NCBI GenBank assembly: GCA_965541585.1
Contig: CBEUCH010000005.1
Coordinates: 128,001-192,000, forward strand
DNA length: 64,000 nucleotides
Source of the DNA: an uncultured bacterium
GTDB lineage: Bacteria > Zixibacteria > MSB-5A5 > UBA10806
Direction: 5' to 3'
Shown here: positions 1 through 8,960 of the stretch, piece by piece
Numbering within the stretch: the first letter of the stretch is position 1
How the letters are laid out: each line of letters starts with the position of its first letter
Program-made: the position numbers and the translations under genes
The notes under the pieces: generated by a model
The model's input: the letters and a program-made list of their open reading frames with translations, nothing else
Told to the model about the DNA's origin: nothing
The model's database searches: none

Positions 1-2
1 AT

Positions 3-728
3 TATATTTTTGCAGATGAGATGCACCATCTCGGACGGTATTATGAAGACGAAATCATCTCCGCCGATATGTCCGACGAAACCGTTTGGTGTGAGATCGT
101 GGACGATGTTTCGCATGATATGCGATGTTATCTTGATCATCTTATCGCCATAGACATAGCCGTAATAATCGTTATAGGACTTAAAATTATCCAGGTCGGC
201 ATAGCAGACTGCAAATTGCTCGCCAACCTTCAGCCGCCTGTCTATCTCGAATTCGATGGCATTGGGTCCCGGCAACCTGGACGAGGGATTAACGCTTAAA
301 TCTCGTCGCGAACGGAAGATCATCATCTCGATCTTGGCCAGGATGATATCGGAATCCCAGGGTTCCGATGTAAAATCGTTCCCACCCTCTTTCAGAGAGG
401 ATATGATCAATCCCTTTTCGGCGCCGGGGGCAATGACCATTACGGGAATATACTCCAGTATCGAATGCGATTTTATTCTGCGGATCATATCCGGTATCCA
501 CGATTTTTCCTCGCCGCTGGCGATTATTATCAGATCTAAATACGAACGTTGATTCTGCTCAAGCAGTTGATCGGGCGTGTCGAATCTGTGGATCACGACC
601 TCGAAACCATATTGCAGCATTCGGAGTCTTTCCTCGATATCTATCCACGACTGGCAAAGACCCAGGTGAAGTTTCGGGACTTTGACCTTTACAGAAGCGG
701 TTTTTTTCTTTTGATCGACTTCTACCAT
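3..728 (-). CDS. Receiver-like + GGDEF (GGDDF variant) diguanylate cyclase, runs off the window start
   Basis: Absent from the ORF track. Hand translation from ATG at 728 (overlapping the xerD stop) gives MVEVDQKK...LDLIII...IPVMVI...NPSSRLPG...YADLDNFKSYNDYYGYVYGD...GHIGGDDFVFI, open to the window edge. Confidence 0.9.
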   Translation of the reverse strand, partial: MVEVDQKKKTASVKVKVPKLHLGLCQSWIDIEERLRMLQYGFEVVIHRFDTPDQLLEQNQRSYLDLIIIASGEEKSWIPDMIRRIKSHSILEYIPVMVIAPGAEKGLIISSLKEGGNDFTSEPWDSDIILAKIEMMIFRSRRDLSVNPSSRLPGPNAIEFEIDRRLKVGEQFAVCYADLDNFKSYNDYYGYVYGDKMIKITSHIMRNIVHDLTPNGFVGHIGGDDFVFIIPSEMVHLICKNI

Positions 729-1675
729 TTTTCTCGAGGATGAAATTCCCCGTGCTCCGAAACCAGAAAATCTTTGTCAAGATGGGTGTAAATCTCGGTG
801 GTGGCAATATCGGCATGCCCCAGTAGTTCCTGCACGGCAAACAGGTCAGCCCCCCCCTCTAGCAGGTGGGTTGCAAAACTATGCCTGAGAGTATGAGGGC
901 TCACGTTTTTGGTTATGCCTGCGGCATCCACATACTTCCTCAGGATCTTCCAGATTCCCATGCGAGAGAGTTTCCCGCCGCGATTATTCAAAAACAGGTA
1001 ATCTTCGCTTCGTGCTCCGGCCAGCCTAGAACGGCAGGCACGCAAATAGATATCGATTGCCGCCCAGGCAGCTTTGCCCATAGGAACGACTCTCACTTTC
1101 TTCCCCTTACCATAGAGCTTAACAAGACTCATTTCGGTGTAGAGATCTTTTCGTTGAGCCTCGACCGCCTCCGATACCCTGGCACCGGTTCCATAGAGGA
1201 ATTCAAGCAAAGCCAGGTCCCTTGAAGGCAACTTTTTCCCCGAGCTATCGTTATCGGCCGCCCGCCTGGCGGAATCCAGCAGACTGAAGACCGCCTCCAC
1301 CGTAAGCGCACCGGGATGAGACCTGTACAGTTTGGGCCCGGCAATAGATTCCACTGGATTGGAGGCGGTCTCACCCACCCTGTTGAGATAACGATAATAT
1401 CCCTTTAGCGAGCTTAGCTGGCGAGCTATGGAGGACGGCGCCATTCCCGCCGTACGAAGATATTCCAGATAGGCTGACAGATCGTACTGCCTGAGTTGAT
1501 TGGGGTTCTTTCCGATTTTCTCAAGGTACCCGGAAAATTTCTCAATATCAGAGCGATAGGACTTGCAGCTTTGATCCGCCAATCCCTTTTCGAGACTCAG
1601 ATAGCCCAGGAATTGCTCGAGGCTTTCAGTCATCCGAGCAGACATCATATCACTATTTTCGGCAACAGGCAGCAT
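722..1675 (-). CDS. xerD: Site-specific tyrosine recombinase XerD
   Basis: YGTGARVSE, GKGKKVRVVP, SPHTLRHSFATHLLEGGADL..VQELLGHADIATTEIYTH (R-H-R-H-Y catalytic set). The true start may be a few codons downstream. Confidence 0.9.
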   Translation of the reverse strand: MLPVAENSDMMSARMTESLEQFLGYLSLEKGLADQSCKSYRSDIEKFSGYLEKIGKNPNQLRQYDLSAYLEYLRTAGMAPSSIARQLSSLKGYYRYLNRVGETASNPVESIAGPKLYRSHPGALTVEAVFSLLDSARRAADNDSSGKKLPSRDLALLEFLYGTGARVSEAVEAQRKDLYTEMSLVKLYGKGKKVRVVPMGKAAWAAIDIYLRACRSRLAGARSEDYLFLNNRGGKLSRMGIWKILRKYVDAAGITKNVSPHTLRHSFATHLLEGGADLFAVQELLGHADIATTEIYTHLDKDFLVSEHGEFHPREKW

Positions 1676-1740
1676 AAAGTTTACATAATATATCGAGAAT
1701 CTCCGAAAAATCTGCTTTTGCCCTTTTCCTCAGGCATATT

Positions 1741-1772
1741 AAAAGCCCCCCAATTTTCCGAAGGTGGGGGGC
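1741..1772 (-). terminator. Intrinsic terminator after the large surface-protein gene
   Basis: Minus strand GCCCCCC-loop-GGGGGGC followed by TTTT. Confidence 0.7.
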
Positions 1773-1792
1773 CGAATCAGCTGTCTTTGCGG

Positions 1793-4700
1793 CTATTTCA
1801 GCAGGGTCATTTTCTTGATGTCTGTATAGCTTTCTGCAGCGATTTTATAATAGTAGATACCGGATGACGAATTTGAGCCGTTCCAGCGGACGCTATGAAA
1901 ACCTGCAGGCAAAAGCCCCTCATAAAGAGTTACTACCTTCTGGCCGAGTATGTTGAAGATCTCGATTTTAACGTCGGACTGCTGCGGCAATCCGAACTTG
2001 ATTTCGGTGGACGGATTAAAGGGATTCGGATAATTCTGGAAAAGCGAGAACTCCAGTGGCAGATCGGAGGATTCGTCGTCGATGCCGGTACGAGGCGTTG
2101 AAACCACTGTGACCGGGATCTCGGGGGTTTCTGCACTATTGTTGTATATGGTTATGGCGGCCTGATATGTAGTATCGGGAATAATATCATTACCGCTAAA
2201 ATCGACCGTTATAGTCAAGTCTATATTCTCTGAGGGGGCGAGAGCGCCTGCCATTGGATCGACTGTCAGCCATTGCGTGAAAGGAGTGATTTCATAGCCC
2301 TGGACCATATCCGGCGAATCCTGCACCAGGCCGAAAACGACACCCAACGAAGGTTCCCAGGAAGTTGTGAAGCACATCCCGCCTGCCACAGCGTCGTCGC
2401 CCCCGCTGTGATCTATAGCATAGAATACGACACCGGTATATGAGCCGATCCCCGGATCAAACTGGCTGATCTGAAGTTGCGGTGTGCCATCCTGCGAGAA
2501 TACCCATAGCCAGGGGCCGCCCTCGGATACATTGTCCCAGGCCATACCATAAATGATATAGCCGTTGGCATAAGTGGCAAGGGTCTGGCCGCTGCGGTCA
2601 AACTCAATAATATTCGAGCCAAAATTAGCCGACCAGAAATGATCGGTATCCGGATCCCAGGCCAATGCCCTCAGAGGAGGGCTGATGCTGGTGGGCATCG
2701 GCAATTCATCTACCTTCTGTCCGGTGTTGGGGTCGATTACCGCCAGTTCGTATTCATCGGAGGCGTACAGGTAGGTGCCGTCCCACGCAAGATCGCGCCA
2801 TCCCCAGTCGGATGAGGTGCCCTGATCGAATGTATTCACAAGGATGCCGTCGCGATCGAACTTGTGCAGGTAGTGGGTTTCAAGATCGTTGGCCCCGGTA
2901 ACCCAAAAGTATTGCCCGTCGAACTCGACGCCGAGGCAACGAACGTCCCCGGTCTGGCCCTCTGTTTCAAACGTGAATACTTCGTCCCCGAAATCAAGAA
3001 CGGTCGGCGGATCGCCTGTGCCATGGACTGGAGCATACTCGTTCAATGCATAAGCCGGTTCAATCTCTACGCGCCGGACGATTTCACCTGTTCGGCGCAG
3101 ATTGATCTCCGGTTTCACTTTCAAAAGCCTGCCGCCCATTCTGATAACGACATCAAAACTCAAATCGCCATCTCCGACATTGGCGAGATTGCGAACGAAA
3201 TCCACCGTCTGACCCACTGCAATATTGGTATCTATGGGAGTAGTGTCGATCTGAATCACCGGAGCTGTAAGAACAAAATCCAAGGTTGTCGTCTGGCCCG
3301 CAAAAACCTCGATACCGTTAACCGTCATTGAGTTGTGGTATATCGCCGAAACAGTGACGGAATAGACGCCCGGGATCAATTCGAGAATATAACTGCCCTC
3401 GTTATCGGTCGTATCCGTCACGGTTCCCGTTTCGACAATTGCGCCTTCAATCGGGCTGCCGCCGGCCAGATCGGTGACGATACCGGTGATGTAGCCGGGT
3501 TCGCCACCCCCGCCTCCATAGACAACAAAATCGTCAATATACCAACCGGGATCTTCGACAGACGTATCCGATCCGAAGTCAAACTTTATCAATACCATCG
3601 CTCCGCTATATGCGGATAGATCAAAAGTCGCCAGTTCCCAGCCGTTCGATTCCCCGAAGAACGCCTCCTGACCACCAATGGGATTTTCGAAATTCGTGGA
3701 GAGGATACCGTCATAACCACCCTCGGGCGTGATCAGATCCCAACTAATGCCATCGGTGGATATCTTCACGTTACCGCCGTCGAATCCGCTTTCGGTATTA
3801 TACCAGTGCCAGAACGTAAGGACCGGATCGCTGGTAAGGCCCAGCAGAGGAGAAATCAGCGCGGAAAGGAGCGGACCGTTGGAATATGATCCGTTAAGAA
3901 TCGTGCCCCAGAGATTGGCTCCGGAATGAGCGTCACCCGGCCCTGATTCCGGGACTCCCCATTCCCAGTCGTTGTCCGCTTCGAAGAAACCGTTGTCTTC
4001 CTCAAAATCCTCCACAAATATGCTGGCAAAGGCGATGAATCCCATACGAAGAGTGTCATTCCCCGGGATTTCATCACCTGCAAGTTCGGTTATAGCCACC
4101 AACTCGAAGACGCCCTCCTCAAAGGGGGCATACGACGGGAACGTTATGTCGACAGTGGAGCCCTGATCAAGATCTACAATCTGTTCAGTTTCGTTATAAA
4201 CCTCACCCTCATGATTTATCACGAGGCGAGCGCCGAAGCTCTCGGCGCTGTTTCCGCCATTTGCAATTCTGATCTCGGTGTCAAACGGATCCCCCACCTG
4301 GCCTATACCGGGCGGCCTGAGGAATGCCTCCGGACTCACATCGTGTTCAGCGAAGATCGGCCCCTCGAGTCCGAAGTAGATGGCGGTCCCGGACTCGTCC
4401 CGGGAGATATTGTAAACATACTGCAATCCGATGCCGCCATCGGAATCCTCAATTCCTATAGTATGGGAATCGAGAATGCCGATCAGGGAAAGGTACTGAT
4501 AATGTATATCGCCGTCGGCAGTTAGAATCAGCTGAAACGTATAGGAACCTTCATCGGGGTAATGCGGGATTCCCTCCCAGGAAACGATTGCAGAATCTGC
4601 ATCATTTGTATAAAAATAGATCATGCCCCCGTTGCCCGGATTCAAATCATCCCAATAGGCAGCCAGAAGGTTATTCGGCTCAACGAGTGTCGGGATCGGC

Positions 4701-5125
4701 GAATTAACATAATTATTAACCGTGGATGTAAAAGATGCCCAGCCATTCGAGCAGATGTTGATGGTATTGAATCTGTTGCCGTAAAACTCGAAATCGAAAC
4801 CAAGAGTGAACGGCCCTTGATTCTCGTCGTCCGAAAACGTCAAAGGCTGGCCGATACCTGTAATATCGATCCATTCGAATTCCGGCGCGTTGTTGGCATC
4901 GTCCTCGGAATCTATATAGTAATAGCCGTATTCATCAGGGCCACCATTATCCAGGATCACCGATGGATCCGCAGAGTGAATCTCAATGCTGGCGGCATTA
5001 TCCTTGAGCCATTGTTCCTTCTCCGTCAAAGCGTCGGCGTTGGAATACAGCACCAATACTGCGCCCACCAGGATCACTGCTGCAAATAACTTTATAGCAA
5101 ATAAGCGTCTCAAGATAACCTCCAT
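1793..5125 (-). CDS. Large secreted multidomain protein (signal peptide, nidogen-like, Ig/CARDB-like, jelly-roll, carboxypeptidase-regulatory-like, beta-propeller, T9SS-type/FlgD-Ig C-terminal domain)
   Basis: 1110 aa with N-terminal hydrophobic signal, GGPDEYGY..., AYWDDL, DPGWYIDD and C-terminal LFQNYPNPFNPSTEIKFGLP...KKMTLLK. Domain names are by motif resemblance. Confidence 0.8.
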   Translation of the reverse strand: MEVILRRLFAIKLFAAVILVGAVLVLYSNADALTEKEQWLKDNAASIEIHSADPSVILDNGGPDEYGYYYIDSEDDANNAPEFEWIDITGIGQPLTFSDDENQGPFTLGFDFEFYGNRFNTINICSNGWASFTSTVNNYVNSPIPTLVEPNNLLAAYWDDLNPGNGGMIYFYTNDADSAIVSWEGIPHYPDEGSYTFQLILTADGDIHYQYLSLIGILDSHTIGIEDSDGGIGLQYVYNISRDESGTAIYFGLEGPIFAEHDVSPEAFLRPPGIGQVGDPFDTEIRIANGGNSAESFGARLVINHEGEVYNETEQIVDLDQGSTVDITFPSYAPFEEGVFELVAITELAGDEIPGNDTLRMGFIAFASIFVEDFEEDNGFFEADNDWEWGVPESGPGDAHSGANLWGTILNGSYSNGPLLSALISPLLGLTSDPVLTFWHWYNTESGFDGGNVKISTDGISWDLITPEGGYDGILSTNFENPIGGQEAFFGESNGWELATFDLSAYSGAMVLIKFDFGSDTSVEDPGWYIDDFVVYGGGGGEPGYITGIVTDLAGGSPIEGAIVETGTVTDTTDNEGSYILELIPGVYSVTVSAIYHNSMTVNGIEVFAGQTTTLDFVLTAPVIQIDTTPIDTNIAVGQTVDFVRNLANVGDGDLSFDVVIRMGGRLLKVKPEINLRRTGEIVRRVEIEPAYALNEYAPVHGTGDPPTVLDFGDEVFTFETEGQTGDVRCLGVEFDGQYFWVTGANDLETHYLHKFDRDGILVNTFDQGTSSDWGWRDLAWDGTYLYASDEYELAVIDPNTGQKVDELPMPTSISPPLRALAWDPDTDHFWSANFGSNIIEFDRSGQTLATYANGYIIYGMAWDNVSEGGPWLWVFSQDGTPQLQISQFDPGIGSYTGVVFYAIDHSGGDDAVAGGMCFTTSWEPSLGVVFGLVQDSPDMVQGYEITPFTQWLTVDPMAGALAPSENIDLTITVDFSGNDIIPDTTYQAAITIYNNSAETPEIPVTVVSTPRTGIDDESSDLPLEFSLFQNYPNPFNPSTEIKFGLPQQSDVKIEIFNILGQKVVTLYEGLLPAGFHSVRWNGSNSSSGIYYYKIAAESYTDIKKMTLLK

Positions 5126-5249
5126 TTACACAGATGGAAACCCGTGGAAATTGCCCTGTCTTTCCAATTGTTGTCCATCACCCGTTAGTTAAGATAAGCT
5201 TCTGGAGCCAAAATCCTGCAGGTTTCCTGCGTTTTTTCGGCTCAATTTC

Positions 5250-5277
5250 AAAATAAATAAAATACCTGATTTGTCAA
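5250..5277 (-). promoter_or_regulatory. Putative sigma70 promoter for the surface-protein gene
   Basis: Minus strand TTGACA-16 nt-TATTTT. Confidence 0.5.
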
Positions 5278-5324
5278 GCGTTTTTACAACACGCATTTAG
5301 CCTAACTTAAATATTAATATAATG

Positions 5325-6035
5325 TTACGAGCTTCCGAGCCAGATTTTTGCGGGAATCGAGGGGTTTATTCGGATCTTATTGATCTCAAGCGATATCCTC
5401 CAGCTTTCGGTCCTGTCAAAGATCTCCACCCGTGACGGGTAGAAACCGCCTCCGTGATTTATTCTGTGGCTGTAAAGCGCTACAATATCGGCATTCCAGC
5501 AGCTCAACAGGAAAGACCGTTTTCCTGCTCCGGATTCGAAATAAAATTCCATATCTTCATATGGCGAGATCAGCCTGTTAGTGGAACTTTCGGAATCAGC
5601 TAAACGCAGATAATACTGGGGTAAAATATAGTTTCCCAGCAGGAACGGGGAAAGTTTTTCTATTCCATATTCGGGGATTTCCAGAAAATCGCCTTTTTTA
5701 AACCTGTACCACTTTCTATCGTCCCTGGAGTACGCATAAGCGCGATGGTCGGCAATTACCAGACGGAACAGATCTACTTTGAATGGTCCCTCGATAAGAA
5801 AAGACAGCGAATCGGGGCCGTTCAGAAAGAGCTGGAAAGAACCTGATTCTATCGCGACGCCGCTTTTAAACTCGATTGATCCTTTAATGGCCAGAGTCGA
5901 TGCATCATGCAGAAACATCGAGCCGGTGGAAAACAATATCCTGGGATTCAGAGGCTGATCCCCTCTGGGGCCGTTGCACGATAGCAGGCCAAGAAATAGA
6001 ATTGTCGAACCAATCCTGAGAAGGCGATTCTTCAA
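5325..6035 (-). CDS. Putative lipoprotein (LolA/LolB-fold or DUF4292-like)
   Basis: Likely TTG start at 6035 (LKNRLLRIG...), lipobox LLSC and beta-rich body. The family call is tentative. Confidence 0.55.
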   Translation of the reverse strand: MKNRLLRIGSTILFLGLLSCNGPRGDQPLNPRILFSTGSMFLHDASTLAIKGSIEFKSGVAIESGSFQLFLNGPDSLSFLIEGPFKVDLFRLVIADHRAYAYSRDDRKWYRFKKGDFLEIPEYGIEKLSPFLLGNYILPQYYLRLADSESSTNRLISPYEDMEFYFESGAGKRSFLLSCWNADIVALYSHRINHGGGFYPSRVEIFDRTESWRISLEINKIRINPSIPAKIWLGSS

Positions 6036-6048
6036 TTCGCCTTTATCA

Positions 6049-6687
6049 TCATATAGGCATGCCAATCAGAAATCCTCCGAGAATCCTGACTACAGGTGTG
6101 AAGATGGCGCCAAAGATATCGAGTCCGCTGAAACTGCTTAAGAATATCAGGCCCAACAACAGCATGGGGCCCATGGATTGAAGCTGCTGAAGCTTCAGGT
6201 AAGTCTCATATGATACCAGACCCTCGAGAATATGGAAACCATCCAGAGGCGGCAAAGGAAAGAGATTGAAAACCATAAGGATTATATTCAACCTCACTGA
6301 GAACTTAATCATGGCCAGTACAAAGATTCCTACATCTGAATAAATAAGAAAAGGAATCAGCATACGAAAAACAGCCGCCGACAGTACGGCCAGAATGAAA
6401 TTTGATGCAGGCCCGGCAAGGGAAATCCAGAGACCGTCTCTAATCGGCTCTCTTAAGTTGGCCGGATTAACCGGCACGGGCTTGGCCCATCCGAAATGCA
6501 CTATAAACAGAGCAATGAATCCGAAAGGATCTATATGAGGAATGGGATTTAGCGTTACCCTGCCCAGATCCTTGGCTGTAGGATCACCCAGCCTGTAGGC
6601 GATATAGGCATGGGCGCTTTCATGTACTGAGATGGCCAGAAGGAAGGGCGGGACAAATAAAATCACCTGTTGAATGAAATCCTGCAT
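6049..6687 (-). CDS. Site-2 protease family (M50) membrane zinc protease
   Basis: HESAH, GDPTAK..GR.TLNP, AGPASN, FNLFPLPPLDG. Confidence 0.92.
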   Translation of the reverse strand: MQDFIQQVILFVPPFLLAISVHESAHAYIAYRLGDPTAKDLGRVTLNPIPHIDPFGFIALFIVHFGWAKPVPVNPANLREPIRDGLWISLAGPASNFILAVLSAAVFRMLIPFLIYSDVGIFVLAMIKFSVRLNIILMVFNLFPLPPLDGFHILEGLVSYETYLKLQQLQSMGPMLLLGLIFLSSFSGLDIFGAIFTPVVRILGGFLIGMPI

Positions 6688-6859
6688 AGTCTAAGTTCTT
6701 ACCTCGTGAATCGTCATTACATTGAAAACCCTTTTGAAGACCGGCATAGACTCTTCAATCGCCAATCCCTGCTAACCGACTATCTTACGCACATCGACAG
6801 CCAATATATGAGACCGAAATTCCAAAAACCACCATTATTCCGCCGGTCTTCGCAGGCTG

Positions 6860-7504
6860 TCAACTCAACGAGAACTTCATCGCCTTGGCCTCGGATAATC
6901 CAAAGCTCTTCTCTCTAATAGATCTCGGTGCAGATGAGACATGAGGATGGTCATTTATAAAAAAGCGCCACAGCTTTTCGCTCCCCATCGAGCCGATCCC
7001 GATTCTCGGGGACGCCTGGATCTCATTCTTGCCGCCGGACGGCCCCCTTATGTATATATGCGAGCTACTGAGGTCTGTTCCGTTCTCAGCGGTGGTAACG
7101 CCGAGCGCTCTCGCCAGCTTGCCGGGGCCCGAGGAGATATTCTTCGGATCAGTTGTCCCTCGCCTTTGTGCCATTGTCTCGATATTATAGCGAGGCTCTA
7201 TGGCCCGCAACAGGACTGCCGACGGGTATCCCTTGATTTCCGTGACCACATTTAACATGAAGTGATTCCCGTATGTAAAATAGACATACAAATATCCCGG
7301 GGGACCATACATAATCTCATTTCTCTTCGTTCGGCCGCGGGAGGCGTGGCAGGCGGGATCATCTTCACCGATATACGCCTCGGCCTCTACAATCATCCCA
7401 CCACTCCTGATGCCATTCGTGTTGCAAACGAGATGACAACCGATCAGTTCTTTAGCAACGTCCAATGTCCGACGATTATAGAATTTCCTCGGAAGCTTTC
7501 TCAT
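6860..7504 (-). CDS. mpg: DNA-3-methyladenine glycosylase (MPG/AAG family)
   Basis: IVEAEAYIG..DPACHA, YVYFTYG.H..LNVV, AVLLRAIEP, GPGKL, SPRIGI. Confidence 0.9.
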   Translation of the reverse strand: MRKLPRKFYNRRTLDVAKELIGCHLVCNTNGIRSGGMIVEAEAYIGEDDPACHASRGRTKRNEIMYGPPGYLYVYFTYGNHFMLNVVTEIKGYPSAVLLRAIEPRYNIETMAQRRGTTDPKNISSGPGKLARALGVTTAENGTDLSSSHIYIRGPSGGKNEIQASPRIGIGSMGSEKLWRFFINDHPHVSSAPRSIREKSFGLSEAKAMKFSLS

Positions 7505-8331
7505 ATCATTTTCGGGAATACAGGCTCTAAAGCTCTGCGATTGAGAAAGTCATAGGCCTCCGCGACCCCCTTGCCGAGATCGGCCGGCCTGTGACAATCG
7601 GAGCCCACGGAGGTTATTGCGACACCGCAACTGATAGCTCTATCGATTATCTTGCTCGACGGGTGAAACGTATCGCCACCTCTCTTGAAGGGGCTGGTAT
7701 TTATTTCAATTCCGATACCGTATTTTTTCAGCTTATCGAAAACAGGGTCGAATCGCTCCACCTCGATCTCATTTATCGAATCCCCGTAATACTCCCGGCC
7801 GTAGCGGATATAATAGTCCAGATGCCCCAGACAATCGAAGCCCTGACAACTTGCGGCTCTCAGCAAGAGCTCGAAGTAGTCGTCAGCCATCCGGTCGACG
7901 GATCTGTTCTCAAAATATGATGGCGCTTCACGTTTATCGGATATGGCAATATCATCCAGGCAATGAACGGAACCGACAACAAAATCAAGCGGGAATTTCG
8001 CTCTTAAGCTTTCGACCTCTTCCTCGACGCCCGGATAATAATCTACCTCGATACCACAGAACAGATCCAGCCCCAGGCGGTCATAAATTTCGCGTGCTCT
8101 CAGAATGTCCTTTACATAATCTCCTATGATCGAATCGGAGAATTTTACTCTTTTGCCGTTGTGTCTCCAGTAGCCGTCGATCTCCCTCCGCTTCGGATTC
8201 GAATCATAATGAGTGGTAAAACAAACGGCACCGAGTCCCATTTTCTGTGCCCTGTCGCAATACTGCCCGATACTGCCTTCGGCATCGATGGAATAATCGG
8301 GATGGATATGGAAATCGACTATATTTTTCAT
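7501..8331 (-). CDS. Histidinol-phosphatase HisJ family (PHP domain)
   Basis: DFHIH, GIEVDY, DFVVGSVH, GHLDY, EINTS, GSDCH. Confidence 0.85.
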   Translation of the reverse strand: MKNIVDFHIHPDYSIDAEGSIGQYCDRAQKMGLGAVCFTTHYDSNPKRREIDGYWRHNGKRVKFSDSIIGDYVKDILRAREIYDRLGLDLFCGIEVDYYPGVEEEVESLRAKFPLDFVVGSVHCLDDIAISDKREAPSYFENRSVDRMADDYFELLLRAASCQGFDCLGHLDYYIRYGREYYGDSINEIEVERFDPVFDKLKKYGIGIEINTSPFKRGGDTFHPSSKIIDRAISCGVAITSVGSDCHRPADLGKGVAEAYDFLNRRALEPVFPKMI

Positions 8332-8960
8332 GAGAGGAAAGGATTGAATTCCCGTTCCTGGCCAATGGTCGAATCCGGTCCATGGCCGGAATAGATAATC
8401 GTATCGGCGGGGAGCGTCAACAGCTTGGTCTTGATCGAGTCGATAAGCGTCGCGTGGGAGCAGCCGGGGAAATCGGTTCGTCCGATGGAACCGAGAAACA
8501 ATGCATCGCCGGTAAAGGCCACGCCATGTCCATACAGGGAGATGGAGCCGGGAGAATGTCCCGGCGTCTCCAGAACCTTGAAATTAAATCGGCCGACCGA
8601 GATCGTATCGCCCTCTTTGATAAATTCTTCCGCCGCCCCGGTTATGATCTGTCCACCCGTCATACCGGAGAGATTGGTTATCGGATCGGTCAGCATGGCA
8701 GCGTCTTTCTCGCCGATCAATACCGGCGCTTTGAAATGACCGCGTATATCCTCCAGAGCCCCGATATGATCGGCATGGCCGTGAGTTATTACGATCTTGT
8801 CAATATTCAAACCATGCTTGCCCACGTGCGCAATAATCCGGTCCGGCTCCCATGAGGGATCGATTATCATCCCCTCTCCGGATTCGGGATCGCCCACTAT
8901 GTAACAATTTACGAAATACGGCCCGAGTTCCAGTATGTCAATTAGAGGATTGTCATTCAT
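8328..8960 (-). CDS. MBL-fold metallo-hydrolase (glyoxalase II-like)
   Basis: THGHADHIG, TPGHSPGS, FTGDALF.GSIGRTD, GHG. Confidence 0.92.
   Translation of the reverse strand: MNDNPLIDILELGPYFVNCYIVGDPESGEGMIIDPSWEPDRIIAHVGKHGLNIDKIVITHGHADHIGALEDIRGHFKAPVLIGEKDAAMLTDPITNLSGMTGGQIITGAAEEFIKEGDTISVGRFNFKVLETPGHSPGSISLYGHGVAFTGDALFLGSIGRTDFPGCSHATLIDSIKTKLLTLPADTIIYSGHGPDSTIGQEREFNPFLS

Noticed and set aside
120..200. Hypr-GGDEF (cGAMP synthase) possibility
   Set aside because: The substrate-specifying position in 'YGYVYGD' is the canonical Asp, not Ser/Thr.
722..1675. Tyrosine recombinase as a mobile-element integrase
   Set aside because: The sequence is typical housekeeping XerD (LRHSFATHLLEGGADL..VQELLGH) and there are no att sites or cargo around it.
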